In this document: positions 38,786-53,093 of the stretch, one piece after another
Position numbering within the stretch: the first letter of the stretch is position 1
How the letters are laid out: each line of letters begins with the position of its first letter
Origin: Eledone cirrhosa
Taxonomy: Eukaryota
DNA: 64,000 bases
Assembly: GCA_964016885.1 (NCBI GenBank)
Contig: OZ024758.1
Coordinates: forward strand, 372,001 to 436,000
Reading direction: 5' to 3'
Translations under genes and position numbers: made by a program
Notes under the pieces: generated by a model
Told to the model about the DNA's origin: nothing
Seen by the model: only the letters and a program-made list of their open reading frames with translations
The model's database searches: none

Positions 38786-39237
38786 AAGGCGGGTTAAATT
38801 CCCGAGATCCATGGACGAGTTCTCTCCAGCGGTCTCTGTCCTTCATTATCGCTGCCATGTCCTGCGTCTCCAACGGACCAGTGTCTGTCCTTAAGGTATC
38901 AACATACGTTAACCTTGGTCTTCCTCTTCTAGTGTGTCCATGTAGGGGCTCCCACAGGAGCACTGAGTGCAATGTCAACTCTGGATGTCGGTGAGCATGC
39001 CAGCTAACCTCAGTCTCCTCTGTGTCACTTTTGAGCTGACTTTTGGGATGCTCCCATACAGCTCTGAGTTTTTCATCCTCAGTGTATACTGATTAATGTT
39101 CAGAGCCATCCTCAGCATTCTCGTGTAGCACCCATCCACCATCTGAGTGAGTTTCTTGGTCAGTGTCCAAGTCTCAGACCCATACAGCAGCACAGACTCC
39201 ACTACAGCAATGAAGAGGGGGAATTTCAGGTCTTTAC

Positions 39238-39240
<3 letters not shown>
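38784..39240 (-). mobile_element. 3' fragment of an RTE-clade LINE inside (TA)n
   Basis: ESVLLYGSETWTLTK..VDGCYTRMLR..RRLRLAG-[frameshift]-VLLWEP..RRGRPRLTYVDTL..DRDRWR. (TA)n on both sides. Confidence 0.9.
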
Positions 39241-39293
<53 letters not shown>

Positions 39294-39642
39294 TAATTTC
39301 GTGTGAATTTCGTAGTTTCATGTAACACATTTATATAGTTAGGGTTCTTTGTATCATCTTTTAAATTTCTCTTTTGAAAGCTATGAATCTCTCATTATTT
39401 CACAATAATTCATATCGCGATAATTCTTATATTTTTCTTTGTTTATGCTTATCGTTTCCTCCTTTTCTACATCATCTCCTTTCATGCATGCTTTCTTTTT
39501 TATTTCTCTCCAAAACATTTCTCTTCTCCCGCGTAAGGCATATATAGAAATATTCAATAGCAATTTTGAGAAACAATTTGTCATCTGTATACTTCGCATT
39601 TCAAAATGATCTTATTTATGTTTATGATCAGCATCAACATTT

Positions 39643-39742
39643 TCTTCTTCTTCTTCTTCTTCTTCTTCTTCTTCTTCTTCTTCTTCTTCTTCTTCTTCTT
39701 CTTCTTCTTCTTCTTCTTCTTCTTCTTCTTCTTCTTCTTCTT
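39643..39742. repeat. (CTT)n microsatellite
   Basis: Pure tract. Other long tracts include (GAA)n at about 45165-45250, (CAT)n at about 58280-58420, (AG)n at about 40638-40764, and many (TA)n and (CA)n runs. Confidence 0.98.
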
Positions 39743-40646
39743 TTTGCTGTTGTTATTGAAAGTATGAAAGAAAATAGCTTGTGAGAGACCATCTTATATA
39801 TTTTTTTTATAAAGTCAGTAAAATATATTTTTGAAGCCCAGACACCAGCCCCACATCTCTACTATAATGCCATTGTCACCACCCCCACCACTACACCCAC
39901 CGCCTCTAATACATCTGATCCAAGTAGTTTCATTACTAAAGGGCTTTAACCAGCAATTGTTTAGGTAGTGTTAACACCGACAGCCTTACTAAAGCATTTT
40001 AAATCGAATTACGTCTTTCGCAATTGAAGACAAAGGGTGAGAGACTATCAGCCGAATTATCCTTTGTCTTCCCGTCTCTGATTCTCGATTCCAAGTGGTT
40101 TCTTTTCATGCATACAATTCACAGAAAATGTCGCAAACATCGCCTTCCAGAGCAGTATTATACACTTTTCTTTGTTTTTATTTATTATTTTTCAAGTTTA
40201 CAAAAAATAGCCTTAAGTAATTAATTCATATCATTTTAATTATATTCTAAACAACAGATGAGGAATTTTTCAAAATTCAGAAAGGAGAATAAAAAATAAA
40301 TAAAATAAGTAATCTCTTGAATAGAAAAATGAATTGAACATTTAAATGGTTTATAAAATGATATTGATGAGAAAACTTTAGAAAAATAGTTTTAAAATAA
40401 TTTTATTTTCGCTATTTGTTTGATTTATTTAGATTTGAATCCGCCCACACCTACCACTAACATCACCGTTACCATCACAACAACCCTCACCACGCCTACC
40501 TTTCCGAACCACCACCACCACCACCACCACCACCACCACCGCCCTTGTTTTTGTTTTTAAATAAGAAAATTTAAATAGTTATATATTTGTTCAGTAAACA
40601 AAAGTCATAGGAAAATTAATGAAATTAAAAACCGCACAGAGAGAGA

Positions 40647-40768
<122 letters not shown>

Positions 40769-40810
40769 CAAACATACTAATTCTTACCATGTATCAAATC
40801 ATTTACCGCC

Positions 40811-40950
40811 GTTCAAATCCCGCCGAGGTTAAGCTTTGCCTTTCATCTTTAGGGAGTCAATAAAATAAAATATCAGTAAAACACCAGGTCAATTTAATCG
40901 ACCCCCCTCCTAAAAAAGAATTAATGGCCCTATGCCTAAATCAGAACCAA
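40811..40950 (+). mobile_element. 5'-truncated Deu/Nin-type SINE, long form
   Basis: GTTCAAATCCCGCCGAGGTT..CTTTGCCTTTCATC...TTTAATCGACCCCCC...GCCTAAATCAGAAC. Confidence 0.85.
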
Positions 40951-41233
40951 TTCTTTAATAGTTGATGATAGACAGGGCTGTTCATATTTTAAAGTATTCT
41001 TATTAAAGAGTTGGTGGTACAACTAGCTGAATTTTAACAACGAATTTGAAAGATTTTTGTGTTTAGTTATTCAGTTATATTTCACTGGAAAATGTGTCGT
41101 GTATTCTATATAACAAAAATAAATTATTTCCGTGTTTCAGTTACTGCATGTAGAATTTTGAATTCAAACTGGATTTACACGTGGAGGTCATTTCTCACTT
41201 TTGCGTCATTTTAACTCATCTCTCATCTATCTC

Positions 41234-41403
41234 GTAGTCTGGTTCCATTCCTCTCGCCTCTCCGCCCTCCTCATGGTTTCACCCAGCTTCATGTCTGTCC
41301 ATTCCGGGATATTGTCCTCTCATCTCTTTTTCTGTCTGCCTCTTTTCCTCCCTCCTTGTACTGTTCCCTGAAGAACAGTCTTGGCAAGTCCCGAAGATCT
41401 TGT
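41234..41403 (-). mobile_element. RTE (BovB-like) LINE 3' fragment
   Basis: Minus-strand translation TRSSGLAKTVLQGTVQGGRKRGRQKKR*EDNIPEWT..LGETMRRAERREEW. Confidence 0.8.
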
Positions 41404-41698
41404 CCTAAATATCTGGACTACTTAATTGTCCAAAACGATAGGTGAAAATTAATATGAAGCTAAATTAAACGATTAAAATACCGTTTTGGGGCACTTTTTT
41501 TTCATGATACTCCTCGTTTGGGTTTTTAGAGGTTTGCAGGTCTGGTACTCTAGATGTGAATGGTATTATGATAGGAGAATGCGTGTATGTTTATTCCTCA
41601 TTCCTTGTTGTCATATGATTGAGGGAAGACATCTTGAAGATTCTTTCGCACATAATGATAAAATATTCTCTCTTCTCCCTCTCTCTCTCTTTCGCTCG

Positions 41699-41748
<50 letters not shown>

Positions 41749-41784
41749 AAAAACAAGCCCCAAACTGCTAACTATATCACATTT

Positions 41785-41844
41785 TAATTTACGTACGTTT
41801 CATCCTTAATATTACAAGCTTAATATTAGGACTCAACAGAATTA
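41785..41844 (-). ncRNA. Type-I hammerhead fold with long stem II and CTGTTGA core
   Basis: TAATT-CTGTTGA-GTCCT.AATATTA-agcttg-TAATATT.a.AGGAT-GAAA-CGTACG-TA-AATTA. GUA site. The island 41746-41927 lies between (TA)n tracts. Confidence 0.75.
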
Positions 41845-41922
41845 CATAGATATAGTTACCTTAAACATAAAATTATGTACAAAAATATAACATACCTGAG
41901 TGGTATTGTTTACATTTTAAAA

Positions 41923-41964
<42 letters not shown>

Positions 41965-42045
41965 TGTGTATGTTCTAACATACTGATGTCATAAATGTAT
42001 TTTTCTTTGAAACATCGGTCATTGTTACAGTGGTCTTATTGTTAG

Positions 42046-42076
<31 letters not shown>

Positions 42077-42321
42077 GCTGGTGTTATTGTTGTTACTACA
42101 GTTGCTGGTGTTGTTTTTGTCTTGTTTGGGGAAATTGGCGTGTAGATGTCGTCTTTATCATTTACCTAAGGTCTTATTATTTATTTATTTATTTATTTAT
42201 AGGTTTGTATATATAAATAGAAATTTACATGTATACATACATATATATGCATAGAGCTATCAATATCAATATGTATATATTTATGTGTGTATATATATAT
42301 GTATATATATAAATGTATATA

Positions 42322-42436
<115 letters not shown>

Positions 42437-42983
42437 CAGACGCGTTGTTGTGTGTGTATGTATGTACGTGTGAGGTGTTTATTTCTATGAAACTGGCATA
42501 ATGTTGAAACATTATGATTGAAATGTTTGAACCGAATACAGAAATCTATTGTTAAAAAAATAGCTAGGATAGCCAGTCCTACTTCTCTTTAAGTCTTGCT
42601 TCTTTTTGTTTGTGTGTGTATCTATGTGTTACATTCTTTCTTTCATTAATTTGTCTTTCTCTCTCTGTTATAATTTTACTTTTCTCTTTTTTTATTCTGC
42701 TTATACATGTATGCAGGTCTGTCGTTGGAGAACACCGAATCTCCTCCAAAAACGTTGTTGGAGCAAAGGTAAAAAAAATAGATATTAATAAATAACAAAT
42801 ATAATAAATAAGTAAAGGAAAAATGTGATGAGAGCGAGAGTAAGATTTGTCTGTGAAAAGAATCTTTCCAGCTAAGCTCTCCTGTCTTCTACATTCAATA
42901 GATTATATATATATATATATATACTTTTTTTTTCTACTTTTTATATTCCTTAGCATTTGGCAATTTTTCATTTTATTTATTCC

Positions 42984-43096
<113 letters not shown>

Positions 43097-43097
43097 C

Positions 43098-43172
<75 letters not shown>

Positions 43173-43377
43173 CTGTACCGATTCCCTTAATCTAGATTCG
43201 TAAACCTGTTTATATATATATGACTATAAATGTATTTACATAGCTATCAATATATGCGGGTGTTTAAGTGTATATATATATATATATATATATACATGGA
43301 TGTGGTGTCTAATGTCTGTAACAAATTGGCAACAAATACAAGAACACCATGATCATTGGCTGCCACAATGGACTTAA

Positions 43378-43688
43378 ACAGCTGGTCTGACCGCTACTGG
43401 TAGTAATGTTGGTCTATTCTACAGCTGGTCTGACCGCTACTGGTAGTAATGTTGGTCTATTCTACAGCTGGTCTGACCGCTACTGGTAGTAATGTTGGTC
43501 TATTCTACAGCTGGTCTGACCGCTACTGGTAGTAATGTTGGTCTATTCTACAGCTGGTCTGACCGCTACTGGTAGTAATGTTGGTCTATTCTACAGCTGG
43601 TCTGACCGCTACTGGTAGTAATGTTGGTCTATTCTACAGCTGGTCTGACCGCTACTGGTAGTAATGTTGGTCTATTCTACAGCTGGTC
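43378..43688. repeat. Perfect 43-bp tandem array, 7.2 units
   Basis: ACAGCTGGTCTGACCGCTACTGGTAGTAATGTTGGTCTATTCT, identical at 43378, 43421, 43464, 43507, 43550, 43593 and 43636. Confidence 0.98.
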
Positions 43689-43852
43689 CATTCTGGCTCA
43701 CAGTATCTAACAAATTAAACACAGTCCTGGAGTATTTTGCAAGACGAAAGTGAAGCAGATATTACGTGAAATTACATGGCGAAGGAGGACATAACATGTA
43801 TGTCACTAGATGTTCACCATTTAAGTCGAACATTGTGTGAAGAATACACACG

Positions 43853-43936
<84 letters not shown>

Positions 43937-43990
43937 TTTAGGAATAACCAAAACAATGTATTTCTAAGCACTCTTTAGTTATTCCTAAAC

Positions 43991-44023
<33 letters not shown>

Positions 44024-44027
<4 letters not shown>

Positions 44028-44207
44028 AACGAGTAGGACCCCGACGGCTGAGCTCAGGCCGTTGCGACGGCTAATTCTGGATTAATTCCTATTACCCACT
44101 CTACTGCCCTAAGTATTGAGTACTTTGGTGCGTTATGGTCCACCTGGTTCCTTACCAAATTTCCTCCGTTATATATATATATATATAACGGAGGAAATTT
44201 GGTAAGG
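44024..44207. mobile_element. Family E rearranged copy
   Basis: Antisense HHR half (44024-44081), sense tail (44086-44170), (TA)n, then inverted tail stub. Further pieces at 16563-16620 and 44642-44667. Confidence 0.75.
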
Positions 44208-44274
<67 letters not shown>

Positions 44275-44278
<4 letters not shown>

Positions 44279-44565
44279 TATGTACACGTACATACATATA
44301 TGTATACAAACGTACAGTAGTATGTATATATATATATATATATATATACATACATGCACACATATATATATGTACGTATGGATTCACCGAATATTTATTA
44401 CAATGCTCGGTGTGTTTGTAAACAAACATCCCGTATTAAGCCGAGCATTGTAATACATGTTCGGTGAATCCATACGTACATATATATATGTGTGCATGTA
44501 TGTATATACATACTACTAACTACTGTACGTCTGTATACATATATGTATGTACGTGTACATACTTA
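44275..44565. mobile_element. Family F element as an inverted pair
   Basis: Arms 44275-44410 / 44441-44565 with a 30-bp spacer. Homologous to 27443-27600. Confidence 0.8.
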
Positions 44566-44711
44566 TATTTAAGTAACAGCCGTACTAAGAGTGGGAAATG
44601 AAATTTCGTTTCATTTTTTCCGTTTATATATATATATATATATGGTCCACCTGGTATCTTACCACACTTTCTTTATATATATATCTGTACATATATATAC
44701 AGAGAAAGAGA

Positions 44712-44870
<159 letters not shown>

Positions 44871-46009
44871 TAGATAGATAAACAGATAGATAGCTGGTGT
44901 TTGTAATCTGTCACACTGGAAGGTATATTAGTGGAGGTATCAAATGCATGTACACGTGCTACGGTGCTACGTGTAGACTGTATGCACGCATGCATGCTTC
45001 CATTCATGCATATATACTTACATGTGCAGGTCACTGGATAAGCGAAAGAAAGGATGTAATTAGAGATAAAGGATTAAAGAGGGGGAAAGTGAAAGAGGAG
45101 AAAATATAGAGGGACAACTGAAGTATGGGGAAGGAGAAAAAAGGAGGAGGGGGAGGAGGAAGAGAAGAAGAAGAAGAAGAAGAAGAAGAAGAAGAAGAAG
45201 AAGAAGAAGAAGAAGAAGAAGAAGAAGAAGAAGAAGAAGAAGAAGAAGAAGGCTGATAATGAAGATGGTGACGGTGATGATGATGGTGATGTTAATGCTT
45301 GATTAATGAAAAAAAGGGGAAGGAAATGAGGACCTAAGATTTATGAAGGAACGAGTAGGAGTAGGAAAAAATACAGGACGAGTGGAGTAGGGTTAAACAG
45401 AAACATGCATTTCAGTGGTGATGGTGGTGGTGATGGTGGTGATGATGCTGGGGCTTTATGGTGATGGTGATGGTGGTGATGTAGATGGTGGGGTCGGTAT
45501 GGTTGTTTTAATCGTTGTCATTGTGTTTATGTTGATATTGCTGTTGCTGGTCATGGATTATGACGTTGATACGGTGTTGATGGAGGTGGTGTTGATGGAG
45601 GTGGTATACGTTATGTTTGTGGTGGTGCTGATATTGGTGATAGTGATGATGATGTTGATGGTTACGGTAGTGATGATGCCTATATTATTAATCGAGGTAT
45701 ATAAATGCTTGTGTATCTGTGTTGCTGTGTCTGTGTTAGTGTGTTTCTGTATTGGTGTATATGTGTTAGTGTATATGTGTCGGTGTATATGTGTTAGTGT
45801 GTCTGTGTTGGTGTATCTGCGTTAGTGTATCTGTGTTAGTGGGTCTGTGTTGGTGTGTCTGTGTTTGTGTGTTTGTGTTGGTGTGTCTGTGTTAGTGTAT
45901 CTGTGTTGGTGTGTTTGTGTCTGTGGAGAATAAAAATGAATAAATAATTATATAAATAAATAAATAAATAAACAAATAAATAAATAAATATATATATATA
46001 TATATCTAT

Positions 46010-46083
<74 letters not shown>

Positions 46084-46136
46084 ATTTTTATGTATATGTA
46101 TATAAAGATAAACAAATAAATAAATATATGTGTGTG

Positions 46137-46172
<36 letters not shown>

Positions 46173-46479
46173 CATACATATATATATAAATAAATAAAGC
46201 TTTCCACTAAAGAAGACCGATTTTAATCTGAAGAGATAGACTGAAGTATTTCCAAAGCAAATCATCAAAGCAGTCCGCTTCCGGCATTTTCTAGCACGAT
46301 CCACTAACAATTGCTAGCACGCGGACTCTCACATTTTCTAGCAAAAGGTTCCTTTCCTGTCCCCCAATGTTTTCATTGAATACAGTAATATATATTTAAA
46401 AAATTATATATGTATATATATATGAATATGTATATTGTATATGTATACATGCATACATACACACACACACACACACACG

Positions 46480-46522
<43 letters not shown>

Positions 46523-46530
46523 GTGTGTGT

Positions 46531-46638
<108 letters not shown>

Positions 46639-47091
46639 ATATATTCCTGTAAGAAAAGAAAATATAAAAGATTTACTGAGTAAACACACATGCACACACG
46701 TTTATAATTTATTTCTAAATACCGACAATAATAAAATAAGAAAATAATAGAATACATAATTTTAACAGCAACAAAGAGAGGCAGATACAACAACAACAGC
46801 AACAGCAACTATTGCAGCCTGAAAAGCAAGGGATGTTTTGGTTGGATAGCATCATCGCACTCATCAACAGCATCATCATCGTCAGGATCATAAACATGTG
46901 CATCAACAATATCAGCTGAAGTTTTACTATCTACCTTATCATCATCATCAACATCATTGCTACAACATTTGTCATCATCATCAAGATTTTCATAATCATC
47001 TTCATCATCATCATCATCATCGACATCATTGTCGTTGTCGTTGTCATAGTAATTGTCATCAGTATCATTGTCATTAACATGCCATGAACAT

Positions 47092-47257
47092 CTCATACTA
47101 CTCCTCTCTCTTTACGTCTGATGTAGGCTGCTACACTGTTGTTATGACTACCTCATACCACCCCTCTTTCTTTACGCCTGATGTAGGCTGCTACCACTGT
47201 TGTTAGGACTACCGCATACTCCTCCTCTCTTTTTACGCCTGATGTAGGCTGCTACCA
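47092..47257. repeat. Tandem repeat of about 61 bp, 2.7 units
   Basis: TTTACG(T/C)CTGATGTAGGCTGCTAC repeated three times. Confidence 0.9.
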
Positions 47258-47859
47258 CACATATACACATACGCGTCAGCGTATTGAAAATACACCTAGT
47301 ATTAACAAAATCGCAGGCTTTATTTAATACAACTATGTAAAACGTTTAAAAGGTTCCACATGAAACTCCTTTATGATATTGTCATTATGGACGCTTTAAT
47401 CAGTAATGCATGCCCAACTTTCATACATATAAGATGGACGGCTTATTATCGTCACAGTTATTTCTTACGTAGATGTGCTGTCAATATAGACTTGCTCATA
47501 CGTTCCGTTTTTTGTCATGGTTTTACGGCTCTTACCGGCACTAACCTTTAAAGTATTCTACTTTCTGTGACTGTCTGATTTGGTTTCTAGTATGACACAG
47601 ATCTCTGCCCCAGTAGATTAACAGTAGCTACGCTGAGGTAAATACCATGGGCTGTTGCATTCAAAATGGCATTGATTTCAAATCCACGATTGCAATACTG
47701 TTACTAACGATTGCAATTAACTCTAGTTTAAGGTTAATTAAGCGATCTGCTTCCAGTTGCCTATCGTTGGTCAAGCTAATTTATTTAACATGAAATTAGA
47801 GTTGAAAGATACAGAAAACTCTCGTTAATGTCTATAGTCCCGCCTGGCCCTATTCAGAC

Positions 47860-48075
47860 CGATGGGGGAGCCTTTACACAAACACTCAACCTACTAAAAA
47901 ACATTCCAACTACTTTCAACTCACACTATAACGTGTTTAATAAGGTAAAAAAATCCATTAGATAGCAGTCCTAGATACACTGCATCTGAGAACAAATAGA
48001 CAGGATTGTTATGGTTAGAACAACTTTGAATATACTTTTATTTGATCATGACTAACCTGGGGCTAAAGAGCAACG
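47860..48075 (+). mobile_element. Old dispersed repeat (probable third SINE family)
   Basis: Degenerate similarity to about 28860-29000, 53290-53480 and (inverted) 56395-56570, e.g. GACAGGAT..T....GTT.GAA..; ends GGGCTAAA. Confidence 0.45.
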
Positions 48076-48774
48076 ACGCCAACAATAGCATCAATACAAA
48101 AGGCGGCCATACGTAGTGGTGCCTTCTATTAATAGAAAGGTATACTGAGTAAACTGAGCGAGGATTAATGGTTCAGGCCATGAACAATGAACAGTTCCGG
48201 TGGCAGTGTATATAACCCATCAAACATTTGGCCTGTAGTTTGACATCCTACAGATTTGGCCAGCTGAGAGCCTAGAATCCAGGATATACTTTGTCAAAAG
48301 TATTGTGGTAATATAGAAGCTATATCCGGAATCGGATATATGAAAAAAAAAAGAGAAACTTTAAACGGGATAATGAAAGATAAGTTAAACATGCCAAAGG
48401 GTAAAACATTATATTTCTTATGTTGGTGTGAAAAATGTCCTTTGTATACTTGTAAAACAACAAATAATTACCTTTTGTTTATAACACGTACACAAGTACA
48501 TGCACACACAAACACACACTCATGCACACACATACACACATTCATGTACACACATATTCAGTATTTACATCAATACTGATGCAAAAATATGTACGATGCA
48601 TGTACGTAGTATGTATATATTTGTATGTATGAATTCATATATGTAAGATTCGATTTCAGGTGATGCTTTCTTTATTTAAGCCTATTTCCATTAATTTATT
48701 TACTTACCTTTCATGATTATTTAATTTTAACGATGAATTATGTAACTAATGATATTATTTGCTCACCTATATGA

Positions 48775-48849
<75 letters not shown>

Positions 48850-49497
48850 TTAGGTTTGTTTGTTCACCACTGGATAGAACTGGTCATTCGTATGGTCAAC
48901 CTCGATGTAATATTAGGGAGAGCACTGAACGTAATGCAACTCACCCGTCTTCGTCTGTGTTGGTGGTGCGAGTACGGAGTTAATTATTATAAAATAACAG
49001 GAGGCTGGACTGGTGTAATTCCTTAAAGGTTTATTATACTATGAACATTTCAATGACCGGCTTCAGTATGAATCCGGTTTTATAATATATATATTTTATA
49101 ATATATATATATATATATGAAGTCAATACACGTGTCACATTTTACGTGTGTTTATCTTACAGAAACATTATCATATACAGGGTAAAAGAGTAGATGTATT
49201 TTATTATGATAAATTACGAAAGAATTGAGGAGTACTGTCTGACTCTCATGTCTATATCAAGCGCAATAACGATGTATATGAAGTAAATTAGCTTCATCTT
49301 TGTCAGTTACTATTTGGATAAAAACTAGACATTCGTTAAGAAATCTTTCTTATCTTCCACGGTACAGCATTACCAACAGTAGGATGACAAGTTAAACAAT
49401 ACAGACTAAATGACTACAATACCAGAAAAGACTGGTTGCCCGTAGCTGAATTTTATTAATCATAGGTCAGCTTGATTAGAGACTTGGGACTAAGTAA

Positions 49498-49717
49498 TTG
49501 TTTCTGATTTAGGCACAAGGCCAACTATTTTGGGCGAGGGAAAAGTCGATTAAATCGACACCAGTACATTACTGGTGCTTTATTTTATCGAGCCCTTAAG
49601 GATGAAAGGTAAAGCTAACCTCAGCAAAGTTTTAACTAAAAACGTAAAAGGACGTAACTATATACTACGTAGCATGTTGTCCGATGCTCTAACGACTCTG
49701 CCAATCCACCACCCTCC
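49498..49717 (-). mobile_element. Deu/Nin-type SINE, long form, full length
   Basis: Reverse complement of consensus. TSD TGGGACTAA(G/A)TAA. An internally deleted second copy follows at 49731-49802. Confidence 0.9.
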
Positions 49718-50282
49718 TGGGACTAAATAATAATTTCTGATTTAGGCACAAGGCCATCAATTTAAAGGGGATGGCGAAAGTAGAATAAATCCACTGCCCT
49801 TCTGGGACTAAATAAAAATAAGAACTGCATTGGTAAACATGTGATGGGACAATTCCATCGGATATTAACGTCTGGGGAAAGGCATGAATGTTACAATAGC
49901 AAATGTCTAAAATTATAGTGCTTTGAAAACAATTTTATTTTCGTTTATCTGTGTTCCGTGAAACTACTTAAAATTGTGACGGTGACGACAATGATGACAA
50001 GAACTACAATGGTAATAGCAACAACAACAACAACAACAATATAACACAACCTCAAGAAACATTGCAACAATAACAACTAGAAGATATACATGGACAGCTA
50101 AATATCTTATAGAATACCAACTTTAATCGCGATCAAGATAAAGTGGTTGTAAAAACGACAAGATAATGTTGACATACAAGTGTGTTGAATTTTCGTTGGA
50201 TAGATTTAATGAAGTAGATGTTATCTGAAAATTTATTGCTGTTAGCTAATTGAACACATCAACACCTTTACTGATTCTATAT

Positions 50283-50377
50283 ACACATGTGTAGCACATC
50301 ATATACATACACACGTGTAGCACATCATATATATATACACACGTGTAGCACATCATATACACACATGTGTAGCACAT
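50283..50377. repeat. Tandem repeat of about 24-28 bp, 4 units
   Basis: ACACA(C/T)GTGTAGCACATC. Confidence 0.85.
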
Positions 50378-51876
50378 CCTACAACTAACTATATATATAT
50401 ATATTTTTAAAAATATATATGCATACATTCATACACAGGCACACACACAAATTGTGCGTTCGTCATAATATGTTGTAAGATTTGTTTTCTAGCCAGCCTG
50501 AAAAAGTATGTAGTATTTACTTCATATCTTATGTAGAAAGCCAGGTGAATGCTTTAGATTAATGACTTATGTTTCAGGTAATGCTGAATAAACCACGACT
50601 AGATTTCAATTCGTGGTGATGAGTTTTTCAATTAACTTACAACTTTATTAATTTCACACGTGCTGCTTTCTTCTGCCCTATAAAACTCTGGCTATGAATT
50701 CAATATTTTGATTGCTTGTAATGTATACCAAACACACATGCGACGATTAAATATTTTCAGTACTTTTAGATCGCTTCTCTAATATTTATCGGAAAGCAAC
50801 GTATATTCCGTATTCTCTCTTTTGTGTTGAGCAGTGTAGATAATGTAATAGACTGTGTGGCACAAATTACATTATCACTTGAGGAGGGAGCCCCATGTAG
50901 CGGAAAATCTGTGGTGTGGAAGTAACGAGAGAGGGGGGGGGGAGAGTCGTCTCGCTGGTACTTAAACAGGTAATCAATGTAGGAGCGTTTAGTGTTTCAA
51001 TACTAATAAATAGCAAAGTTGTACAGGGAAGAAAACAAAGTGTGTATACGTGTGGAAATGTGGGAAATCTCTATTTGGTAAACATGTCAGAGCCGCAGTT
51101 TGTCACCTGACCTCACAGCTACTTCCGTACTTGTATTTAACGAGTGACATGGGTCAAATATAACTGAAAGTGAACAAAATGAACTATAGATTATAACTAA
51201 TGTAGGCAGTAAAACACTTTGTTGTTCATAATTCACCAATCATATTGTGTTTAGATATATTGAATCATTTTTACGTCTCCTTGCATATATAAATGTGTGA
51301 GCTATTTAATATTTGTAGCTAGCAGGTAAAAAGGAAGAGACAAAATTGGAGAAGGGAAGTACAAGTATTTCATATAAGTGTCCTTTGTTTATAATTCAGA
51401 AATTATATTATAAGGCGTTTCTGATTTCAGTTCAGAATTTGGATATTTTCAAAGACCACGCACGGGAAGGGTAAAAAAAGTTGACCGTGTCAAGATATAT
51501 TTACTTCGTGAAATATTACAACTACAAAGTAAATCTTGTTATTTAAACGCCGGTGTTATTCACTGGAAGATACAAAATACAATTAATTAAATACACGTAT
51601 CAGTAATCGGCCAGAAAATGGAGTGGGTAGCTTTGAAAAAAAAAAAAATAGAAGCAAAAGAGAAAGCTAAACGAAAATGACATTCTAAACCTTTGCAATA
51701 ACCTTTAACCCATAGAATATAAATATTCCCTTAGATATTTTATTATATTTTATTTAGTGAGGTGTCTTTTATAATGTGTGCATATATGCGTATATATTAT
51801 ACACACATATATATGTTTGGTTGTGTAAATATGTACATACATGAACCTAACATTGCTCATATATATATATTATTAT

Positions 51877-51944
<68 letters not shown>

Positions 51945-52336
51945 TCCTTGGCAGTCGAGTAAAATATCTATAAGGAGGTTTAAGTTTTAGGTAGAAAAGG
52001 GTTAGAATTATATATCACCTTGGCCCCATGCCTCAGTTCATCAACCTAAGTAGTTAAAATGTCACAGAAACATTGTTCAACCTTAGATTAGAATGGCTTA
52101 GGGGATGGAATATGAATTGAAAGAAAGACACATAAATACACAAAGGCCCGTGTTTGTGTGTCTATAATGTTTATGTGTGTAGTTTAAAACAATAGGATTT
52201 TTTGAATGTTTTTCAATATTAGAGACGTGACTAAATAATGGAAAGTATATAAGAAGAAAGATACCATGTTGTTTTTTCATATTATCTAATCCAAATCCAT
52301 GTAACTATTCAACATATACATACATAGATACATGCA

Positions 52337-52412
<76 letters not shown>

Positions 52413-52483
52413 TGTGAAAGCATTTCAGAACCATTCTAACATCTTCGAAATACGTATAACGTATATATAATAAAAAGATTTAC

Positions 52484-52542
<59 letters not shown>

Positions 52543-52800
52543 ACGAGAATGTAGGAGAATGGTTGTAAAGAAGGATAAAGTGTGTAAACTGGAGAAGAGA
52601 TGACAAACTATAAGATTGAGTGAGTACGTATGTTTCAATATATTATGTGTGTGTTAAGTCTGAGATTCTTATCTGACCTGTTCACCCCGTAAGTCGTTAA
52701 ATGAAAGAGCTGTAAATATCTTGTTGACACATTGTTGTTGTGGCTTTTGTTGTAGTCTATGTTTCTTCTTCTTCTTCTTCTTCTTCTTCTTCTTCTTTTT

Positions 52801-52873
<73 letters not shown>

Positions 52874-52960
52874 TTTCTCTTCTTCTTTCTCTTCTTTTTC
52901 TCTTCTTTTTGTTAACAGCTGGCTCTCTTCATAGCCTTTTAATGCTATTCTCACTGGCTC

Positions 52961-53093
<133 letters not shown>

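Noticed and set aside
43378-43688. CRISPR-like regular array (also 1131-1843)
   Set aside because: Units are contiguous with no unique spacers, there are no cas genes, and the context is eukaryotic.
50450-51750. Repeat-poor stretch with TATA-like (CTATAAAA) and E-box motifs
   Set aside because: Such motifs are expected by chance in AT-rich DNA; no exon or other support.
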